From positions 6,758,001 through 6,822,000 of the forward strand of contig NC_047066.1 of the NCBI RefSeq assembly GCF_902459465.1: a DNA stretch of 64,000 nucleotides, in the 5' to 3' direction. This document shows positions 62,001 to 64,000 of the stretch, one piece after another (position 1 is the first letter of the stretch; each line of letters opens with the position of its first letter). The notes under the pieces are model-generated. The model worked only from the letters and a program-made list of their open reading frames with translations. It was not told the DNA's origin and made no database searches. Source of the DNA: Asterias rubens. Lineage: Eukaryota. A program made the translations under genes and the position numbers.

Positions 62001-63270
62001 TGATGCAAAGCTCCCTTTGTGTAATGTGATTTTAAAAAGATATCCATTCCATTTGATAATCCACTCAAACTGAAAACACAAAATGCAAGATGGGTGCCGA
62101 ATATGGCGGCCATTTTGAATTTCCACAACGCGTTCAACATAAGCCTCCAAACCTTTGGTTGTCTTGTGTCATTGTGTATTTAGTAGCAGAGTCTTGTTTA
62201 TTGCGCCAGGACTGTCATCATTGACAGACATGGCGCACTAAAAATTTTCACCTTCGTGGTTCCCACACTCTGCAAAAACTAGGCAAAAATCTAGTTTCAC
62301 AACAACATGTCTTATAAGTTAAGTTGACTATATAGAGAGAATAAAAGAGGTTGTAAACGACAAAGTCACAATTCTTTTGTTTCCGTTCAATTTAAATGGC
62401 AATTGAATTTGTTTACGAGTGTAATAATATTAATTTTGGTTTTTACCTATATACACCGATGTGTGTTAGCACTGTATACTCAGTACTTACGCGAGTTCTG
62501 TGAATTTTGGCAGGATTCAAACCCCACGACCTTTGCAACTCTAGAGCAGTGTCATACCAACTAGACCACTTATGTCCGGTGGCTATATGCAGTTCGAATT
62601 CTATGTTTTAGCAGCGGGTACTGCAAACGTTTTTTTGTTTTTTGTTTGTTTTTGTTTTTTACAGAACTCGGGTCAGTACCGAGTATACAGTGTGCTACCA
62701 CACATCGGTGTGTTTGGGTAAAAACCAAAATGAATATTCTTTATCCCCGATGCAAATTTAACATCTACTAAAGTGTAATAATATTTGAAAATCTAAAATT
62801 TTGTCTGTGAATTTTCAATGGGAGACTTTGGAACGCTAGGTGGCAGCAGACTAACCAGGTAAATTTCCATTGTTCACATAGTTCTGAGCATGCGCACATT
62901 ACCAAAAACAATGGATTTGTACCTGCCACCTCGCGTCTAAACCGCCATTCTTGTTACGTCCTAGACTTGACTCAACCAATCCCACCGCCAGAAAACTGCA
63001 TTCCTGTTCGCACCTCCCGGGACCGTAAATCGCTACATTTTGACGGCGATTGTGCCGTGCATGCTATGTATGATCCGTTTCGCTAATACGTGTCAACTTG
63101 CATTAAAACAAAATCCGTTACCTGTAGAGTTTGGTGCCTACTTCTTGTTCGAGTCGTGCCCACGTCTCGAAGCATTCCGGCATCATCATGGCGTAATGCT
63201 TCTGGAGGTAAGCATGGCGAGTAATGCGAGACTGCCCATGGGAACTGCCTCGGTCGTGTCCTAACTTGAA
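56025..63270 (-). CDS. PIPOX: PIPOX-like copy B (exons 2-8; exon 1 presumably beyond the window end)
   Basis: Exons 63270-63122, 61811-61598, 60663-60481, 59427-59293, 57653-57501, 56671-56596 and 56152-56025. Intron phases match copy A, the frame is open, and it ends AKL*. Confidence 0.9.
57113..57484 (+). mobile_element. Diverged K1 MITE copy in a PIPOX-B intron
   Basis: K1-like body flanked by TTAA. Confidence 0.75.
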
Positions 63271-63479
63271 CTGCAAGGAAATGTCATAGTCAAAAATCCT
63301 GATTTTTTAAAGGATTCCTTTTTTTTAATCGATTTAGAAGAACAACATTTTCCATTGAAAAGCACTGGTAATTTTGATGTACAGAAAAAAAAACCCATTC
63401 TTTCCGGAAGGGGACCCGACATTGTGCAACCTGGGGGAACAGAATCTCCGGCCACACCCGGCTCTAAAGGAATCTCGGA

Positions 63480-63485
63480 TCAATC

Positions 63486-63521
<36 letters not shown>

Positions 63522-63730
63522 GAGGGAATTTATATAGCGCCAAAATCAACCAAAGTTGTTCAAAGGCGCTCAAGACAGTTGGATGAAATAAATTTGGATA
63601 CACTTGTTGAAATAGAAAACATTTGAGGAGTTTCTTGAAAATGTGAATAGTGTTAGCATCCTTGGTGTGGTTAGGGAGAGTGTTCCATTCTTTTGGTGCA
63701 AAACAGGAAAGTGAGCGATCTGATATAAAT
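63480..63730 (-). mobile_element. L2-like LINE 3' fragment
   Basis: The minus strand translates as RSLSCFAPKEWNTLPNHTKDANTIHIFKK and is followed by a (TTGA)n tail. Confidence 0.6.
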
Positions 63731-64000
63731 GTTACGTAATTATGTAATCCCCAAATCGCACATATTCACGTAGATATTAACAATTACAGCCGTTTCACGC
63801 ACAGTTATGCGTGATTCACAGTTTGTGCCCAAATCACAAAAAAGTTCACGTGGAAATTTACACGTTGGGGCACAACTCATGAACGATTCCGCAAATGACG
63901 ATGTCACTGATCATCCACCCAAATCAAACAGTGCCCCATAGTGACCACCATTTTTCAAAAAGGCTAAATCAATGTATGACGTAGAACCATATAGATCTGG

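Overview
AT-rich, intron-rich eukaryotic DNA from an invertebrate deuterostome, probably an echinoderm or sea star (inferred from gene sequences and a Deu-domain-like SINE). Six genes can be assembled by hand with consistent splice phases. NLK (-) has only its first coding exon in the window. MRPL18 (-) has 3 exons, Notchless/NLE1 (+) has 12 coding exons, Pelota/PELO (-) has 10 and XBP1 (-) has 4. There are also two tandem peroxisomal sarcosine/pipecolate oxidase (PIPOX) genes (-), one complete and one lacking exon 1. The strongest signal is XBP1. It carries a complete IRE1 double stem-loop with a 20-nt non-canonical intron, two overlapping C-terminal frames (XBP1s, and XBP1u with a hydrophobic segment and an arrest-peptide-like tail), and a promoter with ERSE, UPRE and ATF4-type sites. 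It lies directly upstream of the ribosome-rescue gene PELO, whose inferred 5' leader is uORF-rich. Introns and spacers contain Kolobok-type TTAA MITEs, tRNA-derived SINEs, L2 tails, other MITEs with visible TSDs, and a ~1 kb foldback element. Most ORFs in the supplied track are spurious or are single exons. All coordinates and counts were made by hand.
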